A DNA stretch of 64,000 nt from Selaginella moellendorffii (taxonomy: Eukaryota; Plantae; Lycopodiophyta): contig NW_003314344.1 in assembly GCF_000143415.4 (NCBI RefSeq), forward strand, positions 683,737-747,736, written 5' to 3'. Below, piece after piece: positions 33,650-50,200 of the stretch. Both the position numbers and the translations under genes were made by a program. The notes under the pieces were generated by a model, which did not search any database, was not told the DNA's origin, and saw only the letters and a program-made list of their open reading frames with translations. Numbering within the stretch: position 1 is the first letter of the stretch; every line of letters begins with the position of its first letter.

Positions 33650-35540
33650 TCATCTTCTTCTCCCTCCAACAGTTCCATGTCGTACTCCGAGTCAGACTCC
33701 GCTGGCATCGAAGCCGTGCTAAGAAAAATGACCACCACTAGTCAGCAGAGTATCAAGCAATGTGAACTACAGCTTACATATCAGGCGATGAGGCACCATC
33801 GCGCTTGCGCTTCCGAACATGCTCCTCAGGCACATCCCTCATAGATTCCTAGCAGGAACAGTGCAGTTAGAGCGAAAGAAACCAGGCTTCTTACCATGAT
33901 TGCCTTGTAGTTGCCGTCTATGCTGTCCACGTAGTCCCTCAGCATATGGATCTTCTGTAAATCATCGCCAAGTAGCTCAAACTTCACCTTGTACTGACAC
34001 AAGTTCGGGGATGTCTTGAGGTCCACGAATGCACCTCTGACTTTACGTTTTCTCTTCCACGCCTGAGGCTTGAACGTTGTATAATTGGTCCCCGAGACGA
34101 TGAAGAAAAGTCCCACAATGAAGATCCCGTTGCTGCTCAAATGCTTCAACAGTAGCTCCACGGGATGCCACACGACTGGATATTTCTCTGAAACAGTCGC
34201 CTGGAGGAGGTACGCCCGTTTGGTCTTGAAGTTTATGTAGAGGCTGTCGATGGCAGCCTCCGTCTTCGTCCTGGGCCAAAAATAAGCAGCTGTATAGCCT
34301 TTTTTGAGGCAGTTCTGAATCTTCTTCTGCAGGTCCGCAAAGTCGTGATAAAAGATGATATGCAGGTCATCCACTCCATCTGCCAGCAACAGGTCGTTCG
34401 CAGCGTTGTTCGACACATGTCTGTGCTTCTGGCCACGCTTCGGTAGATCGCATATTCGTTCACAGCTGACGAAGTACTTCGGAAAGGTCATGTGCATGAG
34501 TAGTTCCATCAAAGTACCCCGGAAATCTGCCAGGCCGCCGACTCCCCTTAGACTGCTGTACTGCTTGATCATCTCTGACCAGTGTTCTTTCTCAAGCCGG
34601 AACAGCAACTGCTCCTTCACGAAGTTTGAAGCAATCTTCGTGCAGCCTTCAGATGAGTCGCCTCCCCTGTCTAAATGAAGGAGCTCGTGGGAAAACGTAC
34701 TCTCCAGATCATGGTTTCCTATCAGGGAGAAGAGCGACAGTAAGTTTTCTGTCTTCAGGAGATTACTCTTCATGGCCTGCTGGACGCACTTGAACTTCTT
34801 TGGTGTCTGGAACACGAGCCTCGGAATAGGACCGGCAACGTCGATGTGCTTTTGAACTGTTCTCCATTCCAGCTTACTACTGTATGCAACACTCCAGCAC
34901 TCCATGAGCTCTTCTTTGCTCCATAGCCGAGCATAAAAAGCGTCAGAGCCTCCACAAACCTTGCTGAACTCTTTGTATACCTTCACGTCAGGACTTGAGA
35001 TCAGCAGGGTCTGGGCATCGATGGAGTCCGAGTTCGGAATCCTACTCCCGTCGTGGATGTACATTGTAGAGGAGTCCATAAAGTACTCGCTCGCCCCATG
35101 GAGATCGAGAACAGAGTCGAACTTGCCGTCACGAAACAGGAAGTACACTCCCGCAGCTAGCTTCTCCTTGTAGTAGACTGCTGTGCGCTTGCCCACCACA
35201 GCAAAAAGGAACAGAAGCTGGAGACCCGTCACCGATTTGCCGATGGATTCCCGATGTACAGCCTCTGAGTCACGTCTCCTTCCTTTTCATCGTCCAGCAC
35301 GCTCTCGTAAAGCTCCAGACACTCCTGGCGAACATAGAGGCAGCGGCTCTGGGGCACGTCCCTGATGTTGCGGCCGAGTTTGATCATGAACAAGGAGCCC
35401 ACAATGTCGTCTTTCTTCGGGTCGAGCGTCACAAACCCATCGCCGCCCAAGGTCTGAAATTCGGAGAGGTGGAAATTGACGAAGTAGTTGTGGCGGCCTG
35501 CGAAATCTAAATCAAGCACACGCATTTCGAAGATCAAGAC
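33650..35540 (-). pseudogene. Crinkler/RHS-like P-loop NTPase + PD-(D/E)xK-type nuclease gene with a frameshift in Walker A
   Basis: LYVRQECLELYE..IGNP/IGKSVTGLQLL (frame change ~35250); LLISSPD; WSKEEL; GPIPR; RGTLMELLMH; FWPRTKTEAAIDSLY..YLLQATVSEKYPV. Confidence 0.7.
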
Positions 35541-36386
35541 TTACCGAGCTCCATTCCGCAGGCGATTAACTAAAACCCTAGGCTAGGGCAGAACTTTTAA
35601 GAATATTCTACTAAATTGGGCATTTTTGTTTGTAATTTGTAGAAAATAGAGGGGTGTTTTTGTAATTAACAACCTGAATAATTAAGAATATAGGGGTAAG
35701 CTTTTGTAACTTTCCCAAACAGAAATTCAAATCCACTTTCTCATAAATTTCTTGGACTGAAGAAAAATGAAATTAAAAGAAAGAGAAGATGCTTGTTGTC
35801 ATTATGATCTGGAAGAAACAAAAACTAAGGAGAATTCAATGAAATCAGTCATTTCCTGATTTGCCAAAATAAGAATAAAACCATATATATATTATGCCTT
35901 TGTGAGGATCATCAAATAGATGACGCCTAGGAAAAAAGGACATCCTGGTTAAAATGAGGATATCTTACAATGTTAGTAATCTGTTTATTTATACTATTTA
36001 AGAATACTATGTGCCCAAATCAGGAACACAGTTGAAATACATTGGTACATCATAATGAGTGTGTGTTCCTTGCATATGCTAAAAGAAACCACATGTATGT
36101 GTTGTCTAAGTGGTATGCATTTTCAGTTTGTGTAAATTTCTACTATGTGGTGTTAACTTGACTACCATGCCCTGTTTTTAAATAGTGTTTCACTATGTTG
36201 TAAGTATGTTGTTTCACTATTCTTTATTTCTGAGTAGTGTTTTAATATGTTGTTTCAACATGTCCCATTTCTAGTATGTTGAGTATTCTTTAACTATATC
36301 ATTCTGTTTCTGAGTAGTGGTTTTATTATATCCTTTTACCATGCTCTTGCCATCTGGCAAAAAGAATGAGATCTTATTCTTTACAT

Positions 36387-36628
<242 letters not shown>

Positions 36629-38179
36629 TGAAGCTCCCGCATTTGACATAAAAATCCATGGCTAAAAACTAATCAAAGTGTGAAGTTTTTCTGCTTCCTT
36701 GACCTTGCTACACCTGTTTAGGAGCAGTGAGAAGTGCTTCATCTGTTTAAAAGAAATCCATTCATTTTGAATTTTATTAAAATTTTGAAATGAATGAAAT
36801 GTTGAATAAAGTGCTCTTGCAATTCTGTTTAATTTTCAATCCTCTTTAAGATGATATATACAAAACCGAGTAAGAAGTAAGAAGTATAAGTAAGAATCAT
36901 TACAGTCACCAGAGCCAAAGGCCAACAACAAGTCTACCAACTCTTTAGGAGGCAGTTTGCATTTTGAGGTTCATGCCCTCTTAATCGGCTTGTTCTCCCT
37001 CAGCAAACAATGGATGTATGGATGCTTGAAAGAGTGCTCACGAAAGATAAAAGAAAAAATGACGATTCATTATAGTAGCCGCGACCTTTTTGGATATTCG
37101 TTATCCATGAAGAAATAAGGTCTCCAAAATAGAAAATGAATCTGCAACAGGATTGAAAATCCTCCGAGCCATAGAATCACATAGATTGGGTTTAAGGAAT
37201 GTTCAAATCATGATCAAATTCTCAATGAAATTGCAGCAGGAGGACAATCCGCTTTCATGGGTGGGGACACGTTTGATCAAGCAAGAGTACTTGCTGAGGC
37301 TGTTGATCTGCTCCTGCCTAGATTGTTCATTGATTGCAGCAGCAGTAGAGCGATGATGAGCTTCCATGTCAAAACCCCTGCCTTGAAATGAAAATCAGAA
37401 AAATATGGAAGAAAACCCTAGCTCCCTAGCTCCTAGATGTTGCCAGCTTGAGGGAATTTCAGTGTTGCATTTCGTTTCAGAGAAAGCTTATTTGCCAAAT
37501 TTCGGGTTATGTGGTGACTTAAAGCAACACGGAGCAAGAAGGAGCGGCTAGTGGACCATCAGGTTTGAGCTCAATCGCTCGCGCATCATTCTTGCCCGTG
37601 AATCGCCTTGCTCGTTCAAGCTTCCCCTTTCAATTTGAAGATCTGCAACTCAAGAATCCTCCTTGCGACCTCCCGATGTGTTCATCAGGCCGCAGTAACA
37701 CAGTTGCCTCAGGGAATAGTTCCTACAGGCAATAGTTCCTCCTCCACAGACGGATGAGGAACTCAGCAAAACATCTGGCTTGACCAAGGTCACAGGAATT
37801 GAAATCAACAGTGGTTGAAATGAAATCCGGATTAAAGAACGGTATGGTAAAGCAAAGCAAGCAGAAGCAGAGTCTGTGTCTGTTGATCTTCAGTCTCCAA
37901 GGAACCGGAGAGGTAGAATGCAAACTCGGCCGTGTGGCTTCGAGATTCCCTCGTTGAGCTCGGGAAGAAGTCGAACAAAGCTGGAAAGCAGGACTCTGAT
38001 GAATCAAAACCTGGAAGCTCAAAACCGAAACAGACATGCAAGGGACGAGACACCAAAGCTCAAAGACCTGTGAACCAGCTTAAGGTGGAAAGTGAATCAG
38101 AAAATGGAATCTCTCCCCGTCAGACACAAAAAGTTCAATGTTTGCTATCGACAAACAGAGTTTAAAGAGCAAGATGGTT

Positions 38180-39015
38180 AGGTAGGGGGGAGGCACCGCC
38201 CACATAACATACATAAGGTAGAAGTAACACATAACTTATGTACGTGGAGGAACCAACGCACCAACCACATAATTAAGAATTATGTATGTGGTAAGGGGGA
38301 CACACATAACATACATAAAAACTATATGGTTTTTTTATGTATGTAGTGTGGAGGACGCACCAAAACAACATAAGTTTTATGTATGTGAACTAACCATGTA
38401 ATTAAATATCAAATTTTTTAAATTTAAAAATTAATCTAAAACAAATACACGCGTCTAATTTTGATTTAAATCAAACACACAAGCTCAGTAAGAACAGTCC
38501 GCACTACACTTCCACCCACTGTAGAGTCAAAGTTCTCCTCAAGAGTTGGTTCTGTATCACCGTAGTCAACATGCGTACGCTCTGCTTTTCGTCTTGCAAT
38601 TTCTTGCTCTAGCTCCCATAGTTCAGCTTCCAGATCTGCATCCTTGACATCGATGAGCAGATTGTGCAAGATACAATAGCTCTTTCAAACATTTGGCAAG
38701 TCATCCAAATCCATCCTCTACTTTTGATCCAAACACTTGAACTTCTACTTCAGCAACCCAAACATCTGTTCCACGATGACTCGTGCCTTATGATGTTACT
38801 TGTTGAACTCGGCTTGCAAAACATTCAAGCATGAATCTGAAAGTAAGTACAATGTTAATGGGTGAAGACATATTTGAATCAAGAAATCAAATACCTGTAT
38901 ACAAGCCCTAACTAAACAACCACATTTCCCTCCCAATTTCCCTCCATTTTTCATAAACTGTCATTTCTCCTCGTAAACTGTGTTATGTGAAAACACATAA
39001 GTTAAGGGGTGCACC
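38180..39015 (-). mobile_element. PIF/Harbinger-like transposon remnant (3' part of the transposase) with ACATAA subterminal repeats, abutting an LTR element
   Basis: Minus-strand translation ..ARVIVEQMFGLLK*KFKCL....LHNLLID matches the Harbinger/HARBI1 C-terminal signature. Clustered acataa/ttatgt repeats at 38200-38390 and 38980-39000. Confidence 0.65.
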
Positions 39016-42000
39016 TGTTACGGATATGTGCCTCGAATGCCCGGCTGCATACGGGTGACAGCAATAGCCGTGCACAACTTCTCTGAAAGACATCTATTTA
39101 ATTGTAGTATGATGACGTGGCAGGAGTGTACCATGTCAGACCCGTTCAGCTAGCTAGGAAGAATTAGCATGGAAGATACTATCCTGGTAGTACTAGAGAG
39201 GGCAGGAGGATCTTGCCCTCAAATTATAAGTATAGCTCCTGCTGATGTGTTAAGAGCATCCTACCACTCACTCCCAGAAAAAAATGTGAGAGCCCGTAAC
39301 AGGGGGTGGGGGGGGTGTGTGTGTGTCTGTGTGTGTAGGAGGAGTTACAAATGGTATATAGAGGGTACCCTCTCTTTCAAAAAGGAGGAAGACCAATTCC
39401 TCTGAAAATCAGACGACGGGGAATTCTCCTCCTTGAGAAACTAAGGGAATGGAGAGTGGGAAATGGGAGTTAACCGAGGGTGATGCCCGGGATTCCTGCT
39501 CGTACTCTCCTCGCCCATAGGAGCAATAGACACAAGGCCAGGCGAGTTAGTGGAGATGACTCTAGCCGGAATAGAAGCAAAAGACAAGAAGCCAGACAAT
39601 CCACAGGAGCGGCTCTGGCAGGCAAATACTTGGGTGCCTGACAAGCAACCAAGGAGTCGGTGTGGCTGGTGGCAAGGCCACACCGTGAATCTGGGCAAGC
39701 TGTGTGGGAACACTTGGATGCCTGGAGATGGCTCTGGCCATCAATCAGGGAAACATCCGGGCAATCAAACACGCTGAGGCTGAAGGCCCGATACGGACTT
39801 TGTCGAGTAAGGTTCCCACTTCGAACTCGCTCGGTGGGGAGTTAGCTCTGGCTACTCGTGGTTGGGAAGCACTAGGTCCTGAAGCCTCGGGTGGGGTGAT
39901 TCCTCCGAGGCAGGTGGGTGATTCTGCCAAGGGCCAGTGCCGCAGTTAATACTGAGGTCGTAAGGTGGATCGTCCAATGATAAGCTGAGGCTCGATTGTT
40001 AAGAAGTGCATATCTTTGGCGGTCCCAAAGATGGCGCCCCCCCAGGACTTAGCCTCGAGATGGCTCGGGTGGGTCTGAGTACAGGGACCTGACTTAGTGA
40101 ACTGTCGAGAGATGGCCTTGGGAGTCACCCAGGACTTAGCGGCTGGTTGTTACACGTGGTATCAGAGAGACAATTACGGGCAAGATGCAAATTCTGTGGG
40201 GAAAATTCATTTTTTCAAAATGGAGGTCGTGTCGAGACTGCAATTAAAAGACTGGTGCCTGGGTGTGGCGACTCCGAGGTTTGTATCAACCGTAGGTTAC
40301 GCTTGTGGGACAAAGTGCCCCCACAAGTGGCTGGCTGGTTTAGGGGTCCTCCCTTGCTTGCATTGTTACATGTTTGGTGAGCCAATGAAAAACCGGCACC
40401 TTATGCATGTCCCGAGATGAAGTTTCTTGATTTTTCTTGAAATTTCTGAACACTTCTAACTATCCTTGCTCCTTTCAGAAATATTGAGTAACTAGGAGTA
40501 GCAAGCAAGGAGGAAGTAGAAGTTAACCGCCACAGGCCTTAGAGGCTAGAGGACACTAGCTTTTCAGGTAAAATATTTTCTCTCTCTCTCGCTCGGAACT
40601 AATTATGTGAAAAAAAGGAAATAGTTAAGAATCAAAGAACTCATTAACACAGGCACAGCAGGAGATGATCAGAGAAGCCATGGTGGGACTGGAGCAGCGA
40701 ATGGAGGCCTGGTTTAACCAGCTGATAACGGAGCTCCAACCTGGAAACAAGGAGGTCTTCGAGTAACTCTGAAGGCAACTCCTAGGGCCCCAGTAACGAC
40801 ACGGCGTCTGGGGACACTCGAGACATGCCCAGCCTCGAGTTGGACAACAAGCTGGAGGTGCCCACCAAGAGGACAGAGGCATCCGCACCCGGAAATATTT
40901 GACTGCAAAATTGGGACGAACCTGGTTCTCCAGTTCCTGCGTGATGTTAAGCTGTGTGCGGACACTCAGAGCATCGAGGAGGGGGCCTTGCGCCGGCGGT
41001 TGCTAGTTGCTAAGACCTACATCCCCGAATGTTCGTACGTGGTTTCACATGATGGAAGACGACATCAGGGAGTGGAAAGATTTAGAATCCCTGATGCTGG
41101 CGAAGTGGGGACTCCTAAACGATCGGCTGCCCTTCCACAGCAGAGGTTCGGTGAAGGACTACACGGAGTCCTTCACCCTGAAACAACTCTTGGTGACTGA
41201 TCTGAGCGACGGGGAGGCCATGCAGATTTATGAGAAGGGTTTGGACACTGACATCGCGAGGGCGGTATTTCAAGCTGGGAATAAACTCCTAACAACTCTT
41301 GCAGAGTTTCAGTCTTTGGCGATGCTGGTGATCACATGAAAGGGACCGAGCGGCGGCCCATCAAGGGCAGCAAAAACGGGGAGGGGGAAAAGAAGCCTAG
41401 CTGGGGCTATGGAAAACTGAAGAACAAAAGTCCGCATCAAAACATTCAAGTAATGGTGGAGGTTACCGAGTTAGAGGCAGGAAGTGTTACGGATATGTGT
41501 CTCGGATTTGTGAGTGGATAAGACATCCAGAAAATGGAGTGCAAGGCACACGGATGTGTGAGCATGGCAGGAATCTGGCAAGGCAACCCCGGGTTGCTAC
41601 AAGCACTTAGGACGCTGACGTGGCAGGACTCGTAAGGAGCCAGTGATGTGGCAGGAATCGCAAGAGATGCTGATGTGGCGGTGGCTTTCTGCCGGAAATC
41701 GCAACTTGTGCTGACGTGTCAGGAGCGGACGGGGACGAAATCGGAGACGAAAAGTCCAAGGGTTGCCTCGCAATTTCGGAAAAGTCCCGCTGACGTGTCA
41801 GGAGTACTTTCAAAGCTCGGCATCCCCCATGCCTGTTCAAGGCAACAGACTTTAAACACACCACAAAAAGTCACCTTGGTGCAGTAGTAAAACCGGCCAG
41901 CAGGGTGCAACCATCCGGAATTGTAATGTCCTCCGATGCTCTTAGCCACTTGAAGGTGTGGTAAATTAGAGCGGATCCTGAAAAACTTGGCCTCTCTGAG

Positions 42001-45000
42001 AAATTGCCACATTGCATAGGAGAACTGGAGCCATAACCACACTGAAGCCATTGATCCAGGAAACTTGTACATTAAACTTTCCTGGAGATTACCGTTGGAA
42101 AGTCTGCGCATGTTTGAGGAAGCCACGGAAGACTACATAGCTGTTCTTCAGAGTCAACCAGATGATCCCGCTGCATGGAATAATCTTGGAAATGTTCAGG
42201 TGTTCTTTGTTTTGAATTTCTTCATTGAGTTCAAGTTCACGTGATAGTGCCGGGCATGCTGAGGAAATCAGCTCCGGAAATAAAACCTCTGTAGGAGCGA
42301 AAGACTGGCGGAGCCGGGCAAGTCATGAGGAGTGACTCCGGCTGAGATAATTAGAGCTCCATAGGAGCGAAAGACTGGGAGTCAGGCAAGCCATGAGAAG
42401 TGGCTTTGGCAAGTGAATGCTTGGTCGACAAGAGGCGGCCAAGGTGTCGGCGTAGCTGTTGGCAAAGCTACGCCGTGAATCTGGGCGGAACTCTTGGTTC
42501 TCGACTGTTGGCTCTAGCCATCAGGCAGATATAGCAACTAAGTGGTCAGATGCGCTGAGACTGGACGCCTGATACAAACCTTGTCGGGTAAGGTTCCTAC
42601 TTTGAACTCGCTCGGTGGGGAGTTAATTCTGGTTGCTCATGGTTGGGAGGTGCTGGAGCCTAAGGCCTTTGGTGGATTCCTCCAAGACAGGTGGGTGATT
42701 TCCGCCAAAGGCCAGCACCGCAGTTAAACTGAGCTCGTAAGTTGGATCTCGTCCCAAGTATCCGAAGTTCAGGGAGTGCCTAATTTCAGCTGACTGAATG
42801 AGGCGCCCATGGGCGACACCCCTTGGACCTGAACTTGGGATGGCGAAACTATGCTCGGGTACAGACACCTGACTTAGGACTTAGGCCTTGGGTGCACAAG
42901 GCTGGGGATTTACATGGATCGTCCAAAGGGAAGCTGGAGCTCGGATTCGCAACAGCCGTAATAAGGGTTACCAGATCTGGCACACGAGACACAGCTGGTA
43001 TTAATGGGCCTCGTGGTGTCGGAGATGGTGCCCGCGATGCATCTGGTATCCAAGAAGGATACCCGTGTCACACGTAGTATCAGAGATAAGTTGGCGGCCC
43101 AATTTCCATGATACGTAGTATCGAAGACAAGGAATTTTTTTTTTCTTTAGTTCTTTTGAGCTGGGAAATGGGGCCCCAACTCAAAAAATTATGTGCTGTG
43201 TGTTGCGGCTGTGAGCTATATGGAAATCCAGGTTCCTTGCTGGCTGCAAGAAGTTGTAAGCTGAGCGGTGGGAATACTTATCTGTGGAGTGAGTTTTCAA
43301 AGAGTTTTTCTTCCAGAATAGCTGGAGAACTAGTTGCTGAAATCTGTGTCAGAGTAAGAACTAGTACTACCATAGGGAGAGCTCGGAGATCCAAAGAGAA
43401 GGCACGTAAAGGCACTGGGAGAACCAGATGACCCTAAGTGTCTGAGCTCCACAATGCACAAATTGTGGAAGTGTGAAAATGCAGGCATAATCGGTAAGGC
43501 TCGAAAAGTGTGGGTGGAGTGCAACCACCCCATGTTTGGTAAGAACTTGTCTCTATGGATGGCGTGGATATTAAGTTGTCCGAGTTCTTCAAATAACAAG
43601 GACCAGTGATTTGTGAGGGTAAGTAACTAGCCGTACGCTAGTGAAAATGTAACTCACTGGGGCAGCTGGGTGGTTTTCACCGGAGAGTGTATAGTCACTT
43701 GGAGAGGGCCAAGTGAAAAAGTAATTGGACTTAACAGAAATAGCGGGGACGAAGTTCTCCTCTGCTTGGTTAGGAAATTACTAGCTGCCTGTAGGAGTGA
43801 CCTTGGAGAGTGAAAAGTACCAAAGACAAGAGTGCTTCTTGAATGGGAGGTCTTGGACCTCCTAGGCAAGTTGTGAATGGCTGATGGGAACAGCACTTGC
43901 AAAGACATGTGAGAGCATGTTGAACCGGAGAAGCAAAGTAAGGACCATGAAGAGGAGCTCAAGTTGTGAGCGTGCCTCTTGAGTCCCTGAAAGATTAAGT
44001 TTGTGGGTGACACACTTGGCGGAAGCCTTGTGGTCACCACCAGAGCTGGTTATGTTTCGGGTAGCAGTTACTGCATGGGGTAAGATTTCCCCACTCGCAG
44101 GACAGCGAGGTGGAACTGGCTGATCTCGGAAGTCTACAACCATAAGATATGTGGAGACATCTGCTGAGCAAAGGGGTTATCAGAGCTCAAGGCAGTACTT
44201 GGATAATTTACCAGAGATAGAGTGGCTGGAGCAGGGGTTATGTATCCCGCTCGCCGTGGTTATCGTAGGCTTGGGTGTCTGTAAAGAGCTGGACAGACCG
44301 GAATTGAGCGACAAGATGAGGTTATATGAGTGCAGATGACTGAGTTGATACTTGGTGGGAAACGGGATTATGGTCATGGACATGGTGGCATAGAGTGGCT
44401 AGAGGCCTTAGGGTGGCGACCCTATGAGCCGAGTTACCTGAATGACTTTCCCTTAGTACTGGTAAGCATGGTAATTCCAAGTTACCGTTCTGATCTGCTG
44501 GGATCAGAGGGCTAAGTTAGATAGAGGGAGCAAGTGATAGCTTGTATTTGATAGCTCCATCGGACGCTTGGTGTCGATCAGTGGATGGACCCAAGTGAGG
44601 ATGAGGTTAGTGCTTGAGTAAGAGGGCTGGACGTGAAAAAGGTTGGATAAGGATTATCCGCTTGTCCAGCCGAGTGTTGTGATGATGGCCGTGGACTGGG
44701 TGAATCCAGCAGTGAGGCTAGATCATCTGAACTTGCGATTTCTGGCAAAAAGCCGCCAGCTGCCGCTAGTCCTGATGACAATGATGAATTTAACCAAACG
44801 GAGTTTGACCCAATTTAGGGTTCAGTGACTCCTGCCACATGGGGGAGACTTGTGCAGCCTGCGGACCAAGCAAGTAAATAATAAAGACGCTGGTCAAGTA
44901 AAGGCAGCTGGGGGGATGGGGAATTAGTAGGGAACTGCCATAGGTTTGCACACGGATGTGCAATTATAGGGGAACGTGGTGTGTGTTACGTATGTGTGCC

Positions 45001-45700
45001 ATGTATGTTTGACTGGATTAGGTGGCAGCAGTAGCCCTAACATCACCTCAAACTCCCTGGACTCCTGCCATTTGGTGGTGGGAGTCCCAAGAGTTCTCGG
45101 ACTCCCGGGAAGCTGGGGAGTCCAAGGAGTTCTCGGACTCTAGGATAACACCACGAAGTGGAACTTAAACCTTTTTTTGCCACGTGTTATATGCCACGTG
45201 TCCAAAGGACAGTGGTGAGGAACCCGAGTTTCAGGCCACTGAACGAAGGAACAGTGCTAAACTCCCAAGTATGGAGCCAAAGAGTGATGGAACCGAACCA
45301 CGGAGCAACTCCCAAGCATATACCCTAAGGAGTGAAGGAATAGGGGCACAGAGCAACTTGGAATAGTCCTAGAGTATCTAACATCCCAATGCTAGGACCA
45401 GCATGCAAAATGAAGCCAAATGGAGTTTGGCGTTATTTCAGCATACTTGTGGCCTAACGTGAGGATATAGGTATTCCACCAGCTAACATGGAATGGAACT
45501 TAGGCTTAGACCCAAGCTGAATGCAGAACAAGGACAGGCACGCAAACGGGAGCTAGACTATACCTCAGGCTGGTTGGCCATGCCCAACCTACCCACTATC
45601 CCTACTATACATTTGAAACCCCCCAGAATCCCCCCTCCTCCCCCCGCCCCCTTGAGGAACACAGGCTTTGGGCTTTCACCCCAAGCCTCCTTTAGTATTA
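39016..45700 (+). mobile_element. Tandem non-autonomous LTR retroelement(s): LTR(39016-40154), PBS, degenerate gag, PPT, LTR(41485-43072), PBS, internal region, LTR-like start (44984-); right boundary uncertain
   Basis: Three starts TGTTACG(G/T)ATRTGTG. LTR ends ..gttaca and ..gtcaca are followed by tRNA-Met-type PBS tggtatcagag (40157) and tagtatcagag (43075). Purine tract agaggcaggaag precedes 41485. Blocks are shared between LTR1 and LTR2. gag-like fragments at 40640-41340; no pol motifs. Confidence 0.7.
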
Positions 45701-46844
45701 GGAGTTAGTCTCTAGGATAAGCTTGAAATTTATTAAATATAGAATGGCGCTAGAATGTGAATTTGGACATGGGACGAACACCATTGTGTTCAGGCCAATC
45801 TCTACATTTCGTAGATATGCCAAATGAGCAGATCTAGACACTTTCCATAAATAGCATTTGGGACTGAAATGAAACTAACACAAAGGGCATGATAGCGAGG
45901 GTGTTTGGCAAACACGGTAGCGATATTAAGGGACTAATCTCAATATGCGAGGGTTCTTGTTAAGCCAGTGCAAGATAGAGCAAAAGAGAACTAAAAAGCC
46001 AAGCCAAATATGCTTGGCTAAAGAAATTCCGTCTTTATGCTCATCCGGCCAAGTACAGATGCATACTAACACTTGCATAAGAGAGACTGATAAAGGGTCC
46101 AGCAATACCGACCTCCTGCCGTCGTGGCAGTAATGTAGAGTGTCCGTAAGGACTGGTCGACAGGTAATTTTCGATACTCGAAATCACATTCGCGAGTGAA
46201 GTGATTGCTATCAAAGTATAAATAGTCCTTTGGATTGCTACATATAAATTGTTGGTACTTGTTCTTGTGATCTGGGTTACATCAGCTGCCACATCAGGAA
46301 GTTTGAAAAATGTGAACCTAAAAAAAAAAAGTGGGTTTTATAGAGGCAATGAGCACTATGTCTCCTGACACATGGCACACTCTTGCCAAGTTTCTGTGCA
46401 ATGTGACATTTTCATACATGTCAGCAACTTTGATGTGCATCTATGTCAGCAACACGTCACTGGTCCTGGTCAGCAGTTGTGATGTGCATCCATGTCAGCA
46501 AATATGATGTCCACATCAGCGACAGTCACTGGTGCTACCATGTCAACAAATGTACATCAGCAACACATCACTGGCCTTACCACACCAGCAAATTAGATGT
46601 GCATCATCTTCACCTGTTACACTCGGCTTCAAGAGGCAAGTATCCAAAACAAGTGTTCATTCAAAATAGTTATAAAGTAGTTGTACCTTGGTAACTGCAC
46701 ATTCAGAGAGACATGTGGTCGAACCACATTGTGATGTCAAGTGCATACCAAGAAAAGCCTCTTTCTTGAGAAACTAGGAGCCTTTTACTAGCCTGACAAG
46801 ATTCCGGAGGTGGTTTGCATCCTATCTTTTAGCGTTGAGACAGA

Positions 46845-47520
46845 TGAGATGGTCGGTGAGGAAGAAACTCCTCGGTTGTCCTTGACTACCTGATACAATA
46901 CACTCCTTGTGGCCTCACGTACCTTCACGAAATTCGCATCGTTCATCAGGACATAAAGCCCAACAACATTCTGATATTCGAAGCCAAGATATCAGACTTT
47001 GGGCTTGCAAGGCTGCATTGGAGAGGACGAAGTGACGGAGATCATCACCACAAAAGTCCCAGGAACCTCGGAAGAAAGAATAGGGTGACGCTACCTGGAC
47101 CCGAGCAATATCTTCTGGAATGGGTATGTGAATTCCTCCGAAAGTTCTCAAGCCAACTCTTTCTCTTTCCAGAGGCTTGGCAACTCCATTCCGATGGACT
47201 GCTCGCAAATCTTCTATAGACCCCAAGCTCATAAGATCCAGCAGCAACGAGGAAGAGAAAATGCTGGTCCAGGCAATCCACATCGCTCTCATGTGTACTC
47301 AAGCTTCCCCCAAGTACAGGCCTTTGATGTCTCATGTAGTAGTAATGCTCTCCGGCCATTCCAACGTCAATGTCCCACTCTCCACCACTTTCGACGTCTG
47401 GGCATTGAATTCCACTCACAGGGAGGGACGTACTCATTAAACTCCGATCCCAAGAACAGGAGGCAATTTTCGGGGGGATACGACCCGAATATTCTGGATC
47501 TCAAATTCAAATAAGCCAGC
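46845..47520 (+). pseudogene. Deleted duplicate of the 3' kinase half of the downstream receptor kinase
   Basis: Near-copies of 49180-50060 (gaagaaactcctcg.., [33 protein letters not shown]) with many small deletions. Confidence 0.85.
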
Positions 47521-47728
47521 GAATAGCTTTTGATCCGTACGACTCTGAGCTGCACGAGATCAACGTGGGCCTCCCAAAATGTCGGACCAGTGTTTATTTT
47601 GTACTGCTAAACTGGCTGCTAAAAATGCCAGTTTAATCGCTCTAGCATCCTTGGAGCTAGCTTCTTAGCTTAGCGGCCATCCATTTATAAGAAGAGGAGC
47701 TTGATTCTTTCCTACTTCTCGGCAAACA

Positions 47729-50021
<2,293 letters not shown>

Positions 50022-50200
50022 AGAAGATCATCCCGAATATTCGAAATTTCAAATTCAAATAGGCCCGGGAAACGTTTATACAAGTTTTTCTCTTTTTTTT
50101 TGGATTGATCTATGTACAAATATGTCCCTGGTGGATGAACAAATCTACACAGTGAAAGTGGAAATTTTGGATGGAGACTTTCTCTTCTTTGATGCTTCCA

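Noticed and set aside
36700-38170. Short ORFs and possible gene fragments
   Set aside because: No recognisable motifs or consistent exon structure.
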